Numbered from the stretch's first letter, positions 17,663 through 27,747 are shown. The stretch: DNA of 58,513 nucleotides from Elusimicrobiota bacterium (GCA_043819795.1 JBDREN010000090.1:1-58513), one strand, 5' to 3'. Numbers and translations: made by a program. Notes: generated by a model not told the origin, from the letters alone.

Positions 17663-18067
17663 ATCAGGGCCGGGGGGAGTTTGTCTATCACGTCACGTCC
17701 GGCGGCATGGTCCGCCGACCTCATTTTAGGATTTCTGCTTTGGGGGGTTCAACGAGCGGTCGACCGAAGGGAGAGGAGCGAGCGCCGACGAAATGGGGGG
17801 CAGCGCCCCCCTTGGAGAGCGGCCGAGCGGAGGCTGTTCGTTCCTCCCCGAAGCGAGGGGACCCGACGCCCCCTGGCGGACTATCAGTCCGCCGGGCTGT
17901 GGAGGGCCGCGACAAGCGGGTAGATGGTCCTAGAAACCTATAGGTAATTTTCCCATGACGAACCGGCCCCATGGGCCTAAACGGTTTTCCGGCGGCGGTG
18001 GTACTATCTACGGGTCAACATGATATTCCCCTTGGGACGATACTCCGCTTACTCGAGGAACCGCGCC

Positions 18068-21000
18068 ATGACCGGGACTTCCATCCGCCTTCTTAAGAAG
18101 CTCCTCGCCTCCGTCGTTGTCGGGGGCTTGATCCTGACCGCTCCGGGGCTGCCCTGCTACCGGGCCCTCGCCCAGACGATCGGCGTGGGCGCCAAGGCCG
18201 CGCCGGTCCGGATCGGAGGCGGCTACGCCGCGGGATCGCAAGCGGCTTCCCTGGGCGGGAAGGTCTCCGCCTCGCGGCTCGATCTTGCCCTGGGCGGGGG
18301 AACCGTGCTTCGAAGCGCCCTGCCTTCGGCCGTCTCTCCCGAGGCGGCGCGTTTCGTGCGGGCTCAAGCCGCCCGGATCGCCCTGCCCTCCGCCGTCGCC
18401 GCGGCCGGGCGCGTGATCCCCCAAGCTGCGAAGAGCGCGGGACGGTCGACGAGCCGGGACCTGCCGGCGCGGTCGGCGGTTTCGGCGCGGGCAAAAAGCG
18501 TCTCCGCGTTCGCGAAGACGGACGCCGCGATGGAAGGGGTTCGGTCCGGCCGCGTCCGGGCCTTCGGGGCTCTGAGCCGGCTCTTCGATCTCACCGGAAA
18601 GCGGCGTGCGGCCGCGGACAGCGCGACCCCGGTGCGGGGCTCGGCGGCTCTCGCTCCCGGCTCCGCCGGCCGGAACGGCGGGCTGCTCAAGCCCGGCGCG
18701 GCCTCGGCCGCGCGAAGCGTCCGGACCGAGCCCCCGGCTCAAGGCGAAGCCGGCCAGCCCGGGAAGGAGCGGCCCGTCCGTAGGCCCCCGCTGGCTTTGG
18801 TGCTGGCTCTCGGCGGTCTTGGCGCGGCCGGAGCCTTCTTCGCCGCGCCCACGCTCCTGGCTTTGCTTGGGGCCGCCCTGCCCGCCTGGTTCGCGGCGCA
18901 TGCCGCCGTGACGTCCGGTCTGATCACCTCCGCTGGAGGGCTCGCCGGCGTCGCCGCCTCCCGCTACGACGTCTGGATCCATCTGCCTTCCGAGCTGCTG
19001 AGGGGGGCCAAGACCGCGGGAGTCTCCACGTTCCGGTTCTGGGCCCGCTTCGGGCGCGTATTCAACGCGGTCCTGACCGGGGGCTCGGCGGAGGACGCCA
19101 TGAAGGCGCCGCTCCCGCTCAACATCTTCCGTTATCCGGTCCTCGCCTGGCCCTTTGTATCGGTCGGCTACGGGACCGTGCCGCTGGCGGTGGGCCTCGG
19201 CGCCCACTTCCTGGGGTGGCCGCTCATCGCGCTGTCGACCATCGCACCGGCGGTCCTTTTCGGAGGCGCTCCGGCCGCGTTCGTCACCGGCTTCCTCTAT
19301 AAGGCGGCAGCCGTGCCGGCCCGGGCGGCGTTCCTGGGGCTCAAGCAGATCGTCCTCGAGTTCTTCCCCTGGCTCGCCGACTTCTTCAGCTTCCTGAACC
19401 GCTTCGTGCGCAATTTCCTCTCGTTCGCGGGAGGCTTCGTCGTGGGAGTCGCGCGCACGGGCGGGGCCGGCATCGCGTTGGGCTCGGTGACGCTGGGGCG
19501 GCCCGTCTTCAATTTGGTCGTGGCCCCGGGCTACCGGGACTACGGGACCAAGACGCTTCCGGCGCTCATCGGCATGCGCCTGCTTCAGTTCGTCGGCCTG
19601 GTGGGCACGGCCGCGGCCGGCGTGGTCGGCGGCGCGCTCGGGCTCGTCTTGAGCCTGCCGTTCATCCCTATGATCGCGACCTACGCGGGCCTCGAAGTCG
19701 CGGAGCTCCACGGCGGTCTTTTCAAGCTGCTCGAGGCCTGGTTCGACTCCGTCGAGAAGGAGGAGCAGATCGGAGAGCTCAGCGAGTACGGGTTCGCCAG
19801 CTACCGCGATAAGTACAAGTCGGTCCGCCTGGGCGAAGGCGTCATCCGCATGCTGAACATCCCGGTCCAGACCGGCTACCTCGCCGCGGCTCTCACGGCG
19901 TCGGCCGCGGTCATGTACGCGCGTGCCTGGGTCCGGGCCATCCGCTCCCTGCAAGGCGGCAAGGAGGATGGATCGGCCCGGAGCGGTGATAAGGCCGCGG
20001 GCGAGAGCGAAGAGCCGGTCAAGAAGGCCGCGCGGCCGGCGGCCGCGACCCAGAGCCGCCCAATGCCGACTCTCATCCTCGGCGGGTTGGGGAGCTCCGT
20101 CGGCGGGGCGGTCGCGTTTCACTTCTTCCTCGGAAGCACGGCGCTCTTGAGCTGGCCGGCGCTCGGCATCCTGGGCGCCGGGACCTTGATCGGGGGCTCT
20201 ATGGGCTTGGCTCTGTCCCAGCCCGGCGCGTGGAAGGGATTTTTCGCGGCCGTCGCGCGCGAGGCGAAGCGGGCCGCCGGGGCTTCTTTCCGCTCCTGGG
20301 CCCGCCTCGCGCTCAACGCGGACGCGGCCATCCGGGCGAAAGCCAAGGATGCCGAGATGTTCCGGGCTCCGCCCGCCCGGCTTTCCCGCTACCCTTGGCT
20401 GGCGCGGCCGGCCGTGGTGATCGGCTACGGGGCCGCGGCGATCGCCTATCCGGTCGGAGTCGTTTACCGCGCGCTTGCCGTGCCGGTCCAGGCCTCCTGG
20501 CAGGGCTTCATGGTATTGGCGGATCAAATCCTCCCCTTCCTCCGGAGGGTGGCGGAGGTCATCGGCAAGGTCGCCAGGAGGATCGTCCCCTTCGTGCTCG
20601 GCTTGGCCTGGGGGATCGTCAAAGGGGTGTATTTCTCGGCGATGACCGGAGCGACGGTCTTCGCCACTCCGATGCTCGCCCGGGTCGTCTCCCTGGAGTG
20701 GGGCGACTACCGGGCCGACACGGTGCTCGATATGTTCGCGGTGAAGATCGTCCAGGCCGTGGCGGCCGTGCTCGGCCTGGCCATCGCACTGGTGGGATTG
20801 GTCGCCGGAGCTGTCTACGGGCTTCCCTACACGGCGACTCTGGCGCTGAGCGCGGCCTTCCGGTGGGCGCACGTGGGGGGACGCCTGGAGAATTTCTTCC
20901 AGATATGGGAGCCCGGCACCATGCGCCAGGAGAAGGACCGGATTGAGGAGCTCTCCGACATCGACTTCCCCACCCAGGGCAAGAAGATCACCTACTGGCA

Positions 21001-22783
21001 GGGCATCGTGCGCGCGGGCAACTTCCTGGCGCACTCGATCGGCCTGATCGTTTCCTTCAAATTGATCGTTGGCGTGACCTACGCGCGTAGCGTCTTCCGG
21101 GCCGCTCGCTACGCCATGCAGCGCGATCCGGACAAGAACGCTTCGCTGGTCGCCAAGGAGCTGACTCAACGGCTCAAGGACGTCCCGGGCTTCATCTCGG
21201 TCGAGGGCACGAAATATTGGGGCGGCAGCCTCAAGATCCGTTTCAAGACCGCGGCCGAGCTGGAGAAGGTCTTCGAGGCCGGCCTGGTCGCGCGCCTGAT
21301 GGAAGGCTATCCCGTGGACCTGGTCTCGGACGACGGAGGAAGATACAAGCCGGACGCCACGGCCGCCTCCTCGCGGCGCGCGGCCGCCCAGCCGGCGGAC
21401 GAGTCTCAGCCGGCCCCGCCTCGCGCATCGAAGGGCGGCGCCGTGGCCGCCTTCATCCTGGGGCTCCTGGGCACGGGCGGAGGCGCGTACGCCGCCTACG
21501 CCTACGCGATCCCGCTCTTGGGCCTGACGGGATGGGCGGCCGGGGCCGGCTACGCCTTGTCCGCGCTCATCGGTGGAGGCGCGGGCCTGGCCGTCTCCCA
21601 GCCGTCGGCCTGGAGAGGGTATCACCGGGTGATCGCGGGCACCGCCCGGGAGTCCGGGCGCGCGAGCCACGGATTCTGGAAGCACTCCGGCGAGATCTTC
21701 GTGCGGGTGCTGACCGCGGGCGAAGCCTCCGGTAACTCCTTCCTCGCCTGGCCTTACAAGGCCGCGGGCGCGATCCTCGCGCTGGTGGCGGGATTGGCCG
21801 GGGCCCTGCACGGCGTGGCCGTGGTCCCGGTCCGCGCGTCGCTGCTGGGCGCCAAGAAGGTCCTAGAGAGCCTGTTCCCCTGGTTCAAGAAGTTCATGAG
21901 AGTCCTTTGGCGCGTGGCCCGGCGCTTCTTCCCGTTCGTCTTCGGCGGGGTGGCCGGGCTCGCGGCCGGGGTCCTGGGATCGGCGCTCTTCGGCGCGCTG
22001 CTTCTGGGCCGGCCCTGGTTCAAGCACGTGGTCGCCGAGAGCTTCGACACGCGGGGGCTGGTCGCGTTCCTGAACTCCGTCGTGTTGAGGCTTGTCGCCG
22101 GGATCGCGGGCGTGGCCTTCGGCACGGCGGGTCTGGCCTTCGGCGCGCTCGCGGCGCTGCCCTACGCCCTGACGCTGAGCCCCGCCCTGGCGTTCCGGTT
22201 CTCGGAAGTCGGGGGCAAGGCCCAGCGGCTCTTCGACCTGTGGAGCAAGGGGAACCTGCTCGCCGAGATGCGGCGCATCAACCTTCTCACCAACCGCTTC
22301 GAGTTCAATGAAGAGCGCACCGGCGGCCGGCTCGCGCTGGGAGACGGCTGGATCCGCATGGCCATCATCTTCCCCGCGGTCCTCGCCGCGGCCCTGGCCG
22401 CCACGATCGCCGGCTACGTCTCCTACGTGCGCAGCATCGTGAACGCCGTGCGCGACCTGCTTGCCGGCAAGGATGTCCCGGACGACCCGGGCGGCGACGG
22501 GCAGGTGGTGGGGCGCATGGCCGGGCGCTTCGCGCGTACCGGCAGCCAGTGGCTCGGCCACCTGGCCGGGTGGGGCGGCGTGCTCTACGGCGCCTATCTC
22601 GTGATACGCGGGTTCATGGCCGGCGGCGGCGTCCTCTCGGCGGTCTGGAAGGGCCTGCTCTACGCCGTGCTGTCCTGGCCGGCCGGGGGGCTGACGGGGG
22701 CGATCCTCGGGGCCGTGGCCGGCGTGACCGTCGGGCTGATGATCTGGATGGCGCGTCAGCTGGAGGATAAGCCGTCCAAATAG
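18068..22783 (+). CDS. Giant (~1570 aa) polytopic membrane protein with three ~300-aa internal repeats
   Basis: Signal peptide and Ala-rich linker, then three homologous hydrophobic modules; GAGGA RBS before ATG 18068. Confidence 0.85.
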   Translation: MTGTSIRLLKKLLASVVVGGLILTAPGLPCYRALAQTIGVGAKAAPVRIGGGYAAGSQAASLGGKVSASRLDLALGGGTVLRSALPSAVSPEAARFVRAQAARIALPSAVAAAGRVIPQAAKSAGRSTSRDLPARSAVSARAKSVSAFAKTDAAMEGVRSGRVRAFGALSRLFDLTGKRRAAADSATPVRGSAALAPGSAGRNGGLLKPGAASAARSVRTEPPAQGEAGQPGKERPVRRPPLALVLALGGLGAAGAFFAAPTLLALLGAALPAWFAAHAAVTSGLITSAGGLAGVAASRYDVWIHLPSELLRGAKTAGVSTFRFWARFGRVFNAVLTGGSAEDAMKAPLPLNIFRYPVLAWPFVSVGYGTVPLAVGLGAHFLGWPLIALSTIAPAVLFGGAPAAFVTGFLYKAAAVPARAAFLGLKQIVLEFFPWLADFFSFLNRFVRNFLSFAGGFVVGVARTGGAGIALGSVTLGRPVFNLVVAPGYRDYGTKTLPALIGMRLLQFVGLVGTAAAGVVGGALGLVLSLPFIPMIATYAGLEVAELHGGLFKLLEAWFDSVEKEEQIGELSEYGFASYRDKYKSVRLGEGVIRMLNIPVQTGYLAAALTASAAVMYARAWVRAIRSLQGGKEDGSARSGDKAAGESEEPVKKAARPAAATQSRPMPTLILGGLGSSVGGAVAFHFFLGSTALLSWPALGILGAGTLIGGSMGLALSQPGAWKGFFAAVAREAKRAAGASFRSWARLALNADAAIRAKAKDAEMFRAPPARLSRYPWLARPAVVIGYGAAAIAYPVGVVYRALAVPVQASWQGFMVLADQILPFLRRVAEVIGKVARRIVPFVLGLAWGIVKGVYFSAMTGATVFATPMLARVVSLEWGDYRADTVLDMFAVKIVQAVAAVLGLAIALVGLVAGAVYGLPYTATLALSAAFRWAHVGGRLENFFQIWEPGTMRQEKDRIEELSDIDFPTQGKKITYWQGIVRAGNFLAHSIGLIVSFKLIVGVTYARSVFRAARYAMQRDPDKNASLVAKELTQRLKDVPGFISVEGTKYWGGSLKIRFKTAAELEKVFEAGLVARLMEGYPVDLVSDDGGRYKPDATAASSRRAAAQPADESQPAPPRASKGGAVAAFILGLLGTGGGAYAAYAYAIPLLGLTGWAAGAGYALSALIGGGAGLAVSQPSAWRGYHRVIAGTARESGRASHGFWKHSGEIFVRVLTAGEASGNSFLAWPYKAAGAILALVAGLAGALHGVAVVPVRASLLGAKKVLESLFPWFKKFMRVLWRVARRFFPFVFGGVAGLAAGVLGSALFGALLLGRPWFKHVVAESFDTRGLVAFLNSVVLRLVAGIAGVAFGTAGLAFGALAALPYALTLSPALAFRFSEVGGKAQRLFDLWSKGNLLAEMRRINLLTNRFEFNEERTGGRLALGDGWIRMAIIFPAVLAAALAATIAGYVSYVRSIVNAVRDLLAGKDVPDDPGGDGQVVGRMAGRFARTGSQWLGHLAGWGGVLYGAYLVIRGFMAGGGVLSAVWKGLLYAVLSWPAGGLTGAILGAVAGVTVGLMIWMARQLEDKPSK

Positions 22784-22784
22784 C

Positions 22785-23780
22785 TCAAGGCTTCATCCGG
22801 GTGTAGTATCTCGGCGTGGTGTCCGGCCATACCGAAGCGATCTTCTCGCCGTGGTCGTTTTTCCCCCTGGTGGCGACGTGCGCGCGCACGTAGGGGTCGG
22901 ATTCCTCGAGGAAGTCGATGCCGTAGTAGTTCTCGGGCGGGACGAAGTGGTGTTTGACGACCCACCCCTTCTCGACCAGCTCGAGGTCCTCCGGGGGCAC
23001 GGTCGCGAGCTGCCATAGGCCGGAGCCGCCGAACGCGAAGGAGCTGTCCAGGACCCCCGCGTAGCTTTTCCCCCCGATGCTGATGGTCACCTTGCAGTGC
23101 TTGAAGCCGCTGAGATAGTGCATCCGGATACGTACCTTCTTGAATGAGCTGACCGGCTCGTCCCCGCAGTCCTCGGCCGACTGGGCGCAGGCCGATTCGT
23201 CGTCCGGCTTGCGCAGGTTCATGAACAGGGACTTCCTCAGCAGGCTATGGTTCTTGAGGATCGCGTTCTCGAACACCACCTTCTGGGCGGCCGCCACGTC
23301 CCCGATATGGCGGTAGATCGTGACATAGCCGAAGGCGACGCGCTCCGCCGACGCCAGAGAGACGGCCGCGGCGCCGGAAGGGTTCATGTGCAGGATGCCG
23401 AAGTTGCTCGGGGGATTCGGGGTGTTGGCGCCGGGCCTGCCGCCGAAGCGGATGGGCCAGATCTTGTCGGCGTAGGAGAGCGGGCGGCTTGCCGAGGGAT
23501 ACTGGGAGGCATTGCCTCCGCCGGAGCCCATGCCCCCGCGGAAGATCCTCTGGGGAAATATCCCGTTGAGGTAGGCGAGGCGGTTGAACAGGTCGGTGTA
23601 TGCCTCCATCTCGAGCGTGGCCGCGGCGTCGAGCGCGAACTGCTGGCGGATCTTCTCGCTCGAGAGCTTCGCGAGGTCGTACACTAGATACACGAAGAGG
23701 AGCATGGACGGGATCAGCCACAAGGCCGGCATCGCGATCTGGCCCCAGCGCCTACCGCCCGGCGACCGTCGGCCCCTCAT
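22785..23780 (-). CDS. Tad/TadG-like pseudopilin
   Basis: RRWG|QIAMPALWLIPSMLLFVYLVYD...QFALDAAA prepilin-like N-terminus; ATGA overlap with the upstream gene. Confidence 0.7.
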   Translation of the reverse strand: MRGRRSPGGRRWGQIAMPALWLIPSMLLFVYLVYDLAKLSSEKIRQQFALDAAATLEMEAYTDLFNRLAYLNGIFPQRIFRGGMGSGGGNASQYPSASRPLSYADKIWPIRFGGRPGANTPNPPSNFGILHMNPSGAAAVSLASAERVAFGYVTIYRHIGDVAAAQKVVFENAILKNHSLLRKSLFMNLRKPDDESACAQSAEDCGDEPVSSFKKVRIRMHYLSGFKHCKVTISIGGKSYAGVLDSSFAFGGSGLWQLATVPPEDLELVEKGWVVKHHFVPPENYYGIDFLEESDPYVRAHVATRGKNDHGEKIASVWPDTTPRYYTRMKP

Positions 23781-25345
23781 TTGAGGATGTCCTCCCAGCG
23801 ATTGCGGCCGGCCCCTTTCTTCTTCGGTTGCTCCGGGGGAGGACACCCCTCTCCGATGCAGATCCCCCGCTTGCCGGAGCCGTATTCGTCCGGGATCCGC
23901 ACGCCGCCCTCCCCGCCGAGCGGGTTGCCCTGGAGCCCGGCCCCGCCGCCCCCTCCGGGCGCGGCCGCGGCTCCCCCTTCCATGCCGGCCCCTTGCAGGT
24001 TGCCGCCCCCTGAGTCGTCCCCGCCCCCGCCCCCGCCGGGCGTTCCGTAGGCGCCGTCCGGAGGGCCGTTGGAGATCTTCTCTCCGTAGAAGGTGGCCCG
24101 GGCGTTGTGGATGCGCCGTTCCGTCCCGCAGGTCGTGCAGTATAGCGCCTCATCCGAGGACCGCTTGGTCTCCAGGAGCTGGAAGAGGGCCACATTGCTC
24201 CTCATCATCAAGCCCTCGAGCGGGTGGCGGACCGTCTCCTCTCCGGCCGTCATCTCGCGCAGCCGGAAATCCCCGTCCTTGGCGTGGTCCTTGATCTCCT
24301 GGAGCAGGGTGGCGTCCAGCATGGCCATGACCATCTCGTTGCCGTGGACGCCGTCGGGCACCCTCTGGTAGTTTCCCATGGCCTGGGGACGCATGAAATC
24401 CTCGGGCGCGTCCACGGGATTGGATATGGACGCGTAGTTTTCGAGGAGCTCTCCGGCCCGGCCGAGGTAGACGCCGGAGGCGGTCGGCTGGAGCTCGCCC
24501 CGCTTCCCCGTCTTGTGGCGGTACGGCCCGAGGCGGTCGTCCTTCTCCTTGAGGATGATCGTCCGTCCCATGCTCCCCGGAGCGGTGCGGCCGTCCGCGT
24601 AGGAATCCAGGCCAAGGACGAAGTTTTCCCGGTGCGTCTGGCGCAGTTCGTCGGGCGTCAGGATGCCGGCGACCGGGCTTCCACGGAGCGAGGGCGTCTC
24701 CCACTTGTCCGGCGGGAGCTTCTCCTCGCCGGAGACCGCGGACTCCACGGCCTGGTCGATCACCACCTGCCCGCCGGTTCCGGTCAGGAAGCCCAGCCCC
24801 TCCGAGCGCTGCTCCCAGAGCCGGAACTCCCCCTTGCGCTCGGGGCGCAGGATGTACGAGATCGGCAGCCATTGCGAGATGTTGTAGCGGCGGACCAGCT
24901 TGACCATGTCCGCCACGAAGATGGAGAGCGCGAGCAGCAGAATCCCGGCGGAAAGGAAGGGGCGGTTGCGCGCCATGTCGAACAGGCGGGTCATCTGGTT
25001 GCGCGGGTCCAGGTCGCGCTTCGCCTGGTCGGGAGTGCGGGTGAAGTGCTTCATGTTCCACTGCGGGAGGTTTCCCGGCCCCGGCGACGGGGCCGGCTGC
25101 TTCCGGGGCTTCCCGGGGGAGACTTTCGCTTCCCCGAAGGCGGAGCGCAATCTTTGGCGCGCCTCGGACGCGTTCGGAGGAGCGCCGGCCGCCTCGCCGG
25201 CCTGAGGGGGCGTCGGTCCCGGAGCCGCCTGCTGGTCGCCTTGGGGGGCGGACGGGTCCGCCCGGCGCTTGGAACGTCGGTCCACGGGGGAGCACGGCGG
25301 CTGGAAATACTCCTCGCTGTTCTTCTCTGGAGTGTCGTCGGCCAC
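23777..25345 (-). CDS. Single-pass membrane hypothetical protein (Pro-rich N-terminus, CTTC motif, Gly-rich C-terminus)
   Basis: Long ORF with one TM (FLSAGILLLALSIFVA), coupled to the Tad gene; GTG start lies 7 nt after TATATT. Confidence 0.65.
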   Translation of the reverse strand: MADDTPEKNSEEYFQPPCSPVDRRSKRRADPSAPQGDQQAAPGPTPPQAGEAAGAPPNASEARQRLRSAFGEAKVSPGKPRKQPAPSPGPGNLPQWNMKHFTRTPDQAKRDLDPRNQMTRLFDMARNRPFLSAGILLLALSIFVADMVKLVRRYNISQWLPISYILRPERKGEFRLWEQRSEGLGFLTGTGGQVVIDQAVESAVSGEEKLPPDKWETPSLRGSPVAGILTPDELRQTHRENFVLGLDSYADGRTAPGSMGRTIILKEKDDRLGPYRHKTGKRGELQPTASGVYLGRAGELLENYASISNPVDAPEDFMRPQAMGNYQRVPDGVHGNEMVMAMLDATLLQEIKDHAKDGDFRLREMTAGEETVRHPLEGLMMRSNVALFQLLETKRSSDEALYCTTCGTERRIHNARATFYGEKISNGPPDGAYGTPGGGGGGDDSGGGNLQGAGMEGGAAAAPGGGGGAGLQGNPLGGEGGVRIPDEYGSGKRGICIGEGCPPPEQPKKKGAGRNRWEDILK

Positions 25346-25446
25346 TATTAAGAATATAGGTCCATTGGGTAAAATTATCAAGGCCCAAAAGGCCTATGTG
25401 CGCGTGGGGGGCGATTCTTCCACCGCTCGTTGAGGCTCACCCCCCA

Positions 25447-25576
25447 CTTGAGCGGCCCCCGTGGGGGGCTGCTGACAAAGGGCTCGCCCCCCCGCTTGAG
25501 CAGCCCCCCGCGGGGGGGCTGCTGAGAAAGGCCTCGCCCCCCCGGCTTGAGCAGCCCCCCGCGGGGGGGCTGCTGA
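25447..25576. repeat. Three tandem REP-like palindromic units, period about 50 bp
   Basis: CTTGAGCAGCCCCCCGCGGGGGGGCTGCTGA at 25495-25525 and 25546-25576, variant at 25447-25475; near-identical linkers AAAGG(G/C)CTCGCCCCCCC. Confidence 0.85.
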
Positions 25577-25652
25577 TTACCCCTTGACGTCCGACCGTTG
25601 TTGGGTTAAGTAATTGGGTGGAGGCCCCGGCTGCGCCGGGAGCCGCGTCGCG

Positions 25653-26216
25653 ATGAACGAGACTGATTACGAGAAGCCCGAGGGCCAGGCCCCTCCGCCC
25701 CGCCGGCGCTGGTGGGCGTCTTTCGGATTTTGGATGCTGTTGGGCGCGGGCCTGGGGACCGCCTTCTTCGCCGTCTCGCAGCGGGACGCCTTGCGGAGGG
25801 CCTACCGGGCGCACCTGCCCGAGGCGAAGGCCGTGGGGAAGGATATGATCGAAATCGCCGGGGACCTCGGCCGGAAATACGCTCCCGAGGGCGGGCGGGA
25901 GGAGGACCTCCCCCCGCAGCCCTCGGCCAGCAGCCTTTCCGCCCCGGTGGACCCGTCGGCGGCGCGCCGGCGGTCCGAGACCAGCCGGCGGCAGAGGCGC
26001 TCTCTGCCGGGAAGGCGGCGGATCGGAAAGACCAAGTACCGATCCGCCGCCGAAGTGCAGGATGTCCGGCAGCGGCTTGACGCGCCGGTGATCCAGCACG
26101 AGTTCAAGGTCCCGTTCCTGCAGACGGATCTGGGGCGCGGGATGACCATGAGCTTCGGGATCGCCTGCTTTTTCGGACTGCTCGGCTACCTCCTTTTCCG
26201 CAACAAAAACCGATGA
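25653..26216 (+). CDS. Hypothetical membrane protein (two TM)
   Basis: Hydrophobic segments near both ends; GC3-rich codon usage. Confidence 0.6.
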   Translation: MNETDYEKPEGQAPPPRRRWWASFGFWMLLGAGLGTAFFAVSQRDALRRAYRAHLPEAKAVGKDMIEIAGDLGRKYAPEGGREEDLPPQPSASSLSAPVDPSAARRRSETSRRQRRSLPGRRRIGKTKYRSAAEVQDVRQRLDAPVIQHEFKVPFLQTDLGRGMTMSFGIACFFGLLGYLLFRNKNR

Positions 26217-26234
26217 ACGCGCGGGGGTATCCCT

Positions 26235-26501
26235 ATGCAACCTGAGAAGCCGTTCCCCGAGGTCGGATCCTCCGTGGACCCCAAAATCGTTCCGTGGCAG
26301 GATTCCGTCGTCTGGTCGGAGCGCACGTCGGACGGCCGGCGGGTCTACGAGTGGCTCACGAAGGAGCACATCCGTTCGGTGGGCTGGACCAACGGGCTGG
26401 TCTCCGTCCAGATCGCCGACGCGTCGTTCCTCGCCCGTGACCTCATCTACTTCGTGATCCAGGCGCCTTTCGTCACGATCGGGAGGAATGTCTCGATCTG
26501 A
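26235..26501 (+). CDS. Small hypothetical protein (88 aa)
   Basis: GGGGG RBS-like sequence, host-like codon usage, globular composition. Confidence 0.6.
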   Translation: MQPEKPFPEVGSSVDPKIVPWQDSVVWSERTSDGRRVYEWLTKEHIRSVGWTNGLVSVQIADASFLARDLIYFVIQAPFVTIGRNVSI

Positions 26502-26644
26502 GCCCGGCTCACTTCTTCTCGCCGAGAAGGAAGAGTCGGCGGCCCGAGCGCCGCCGCGGCGACGCAGAGAGCCGGCGATCTCCACGGCCGCCGGATCGCT
26601 TCGGCCAGGCGATCCGAGGACTGACGGGGGAAGGGCGGTATGGT

Positions 26645-27517
26645 TCAGGGCAAGGATCTTTGACGCCGTCTCTGGGAATCGAGGACGCAACCGACCAGGA
26701 ACACGAGCAGGCCGCTGAGCGCGCTCGCGGCCAGCATGGCGAGATCGCCGAAGGCCCGGCCAGAGAGGTAGCGCAGCGCGAACAGCAGCGCGAAGCCCGC
26801 GGGGACCAGCGAGAGGCAGGCGACGAACTTGAGGGGATCGTAGTACAGGATGATCTGGAGCATGATCTGGAGCGTCCTGAGGATGTCGCGTACGATACGG
26901 ACTTTCGAGCGCCCCTTCCTCTCCTCGAGCCGGATCGGCTCGAAAGCGACGAAATTGCCGCTTTGGATGAAGGAGAGGGTCATGGTCGTTTTAAAAGAGT
27001 ATCCGAAGCACAGGAACGGGACGGTTCTCAGGTAAGCCTCCTTCCGGAACAGCCGGAGTCCGGAGTTGGCGTCGGGGATGGGCTCGCCCGCCACGAAGCC
27101 GGCGATCCACAGGTATATCCATCGCATCCAAGCCTGGAGCGGGTTGCCCCAGAAGAGCTTGCCCTGCCGGGCCCCGATGACCATGTCGAACTCGGGCGCG
27201 CGGGGAAGGAGCTTGCCCGCCTCCTCCGGCGGATAGCTGCCGTCGCCGTCGATCATGAGGACCCAGTCGTGCCGGGCGGCGCCTATGCCCGTCAGGAGGG
27301 CGCGGCCGCAGCCCCGGTTGATCGGGTGCTTTATGACGCGCACGCTCTCGAAGCGGGCCATCTCTTCGGTCCGGTCGGTGGACCCGTCGTCGACGACGAT
27401 GATCTCGTAGCTGTCGCAGCCGCGCTTCAGGGCGAGATCGAGGCCCTCCACCACTTGAGCGATCCCGTCCTCCTCGTTGAAGGCCGGCACGACGGCGCTG
27501 ACTTGGAGTCCGCCCAT
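26645..27517 (-). CDS. GT2 glycosyltransferase (DPM1/GtrB-like) with C-terminal TM helices
   Basis: VVPAFNEE, IVVDDGSTD, IDGDGSY, DANSG motifs. Confidence 0.92.
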   Translation of the reverse strand: MGGLQVSAVVPAFNEEDGIAQVVEGLDLALKRGCDSYEIIVVDDGSTDRTEEMARFESVRVIKHPINRGCGRALLTGIGAARHDWVLMIDGDGSYPPEEAGKLLPRAPEFDMVIGARQGKLFWGNPLQAWMRWIYLWIAGFVAGEPIPDANSGLRLFRKEAYLRTVPFLCFGYSFKTTMTLSFIQSGNFVAFEPIRLEERKGRSKVRIVRDILRTLQIMLQIILYYDPLKFVACLSLVPAGFALLFALRYLSGRAFGDLAMLAASALSGLLVFLVGCVLDSQRRRQRSLP

Positions 27518-27711
27518 GCGTTGTTGCTCCCCGGTGAAGATGGTCCGATAATACACTTCTCGTCGCCGGCTTTCAACCTGTGCGCGTCCCTCCCCCGCGG
27601 GGAGGGACGCGGGAACAAGAGGGGGCAGAGGATCCCTTGATAATCCAAGAATGTAAGCCCCGCGAGCTGAGCACACCCGGATCGCGGGGCTGTCTCGCGG
27701 GGCTGTCCGTC

Positions 27712-27740
27712 TTGACTTCTGCGCTCCCGGACGCTACACT
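27712..27740 (+). promoter_or_regulatory. Promoter for a probably leaderless kinase mRNA
   Basis: TTGACT-17 nt-TACACT, 7 nt before ATG 27748. Confidence 0.65.
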
Positions 27741-27747
27741 CAAATCG

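Noticed and set aside
17940..18000. c-di-GMP-I riboswitch suggested by GGCCTAAAC
   Set aside because: The GCAAA...GAAA...GACGCAAAGC P1/P2 core is absent.
18008..21811. Long antisense ORFs (also 27427-29433, 32500-35994, 38350-40407, 51525-53570)
   Set aside because: Shadow frames of well-supported genes on the opposite strand.
17966..25394. GGCC-N5-GGCC boxes upstream of lineage-specific genes
   Set aside because: GGCC is too frequent at this GC content for two or three instances to be meaningful.
25447..25576. CRISPR array
   Set aside because: Linkers are near-identical and only about 20 bp, and there are no cas genes.
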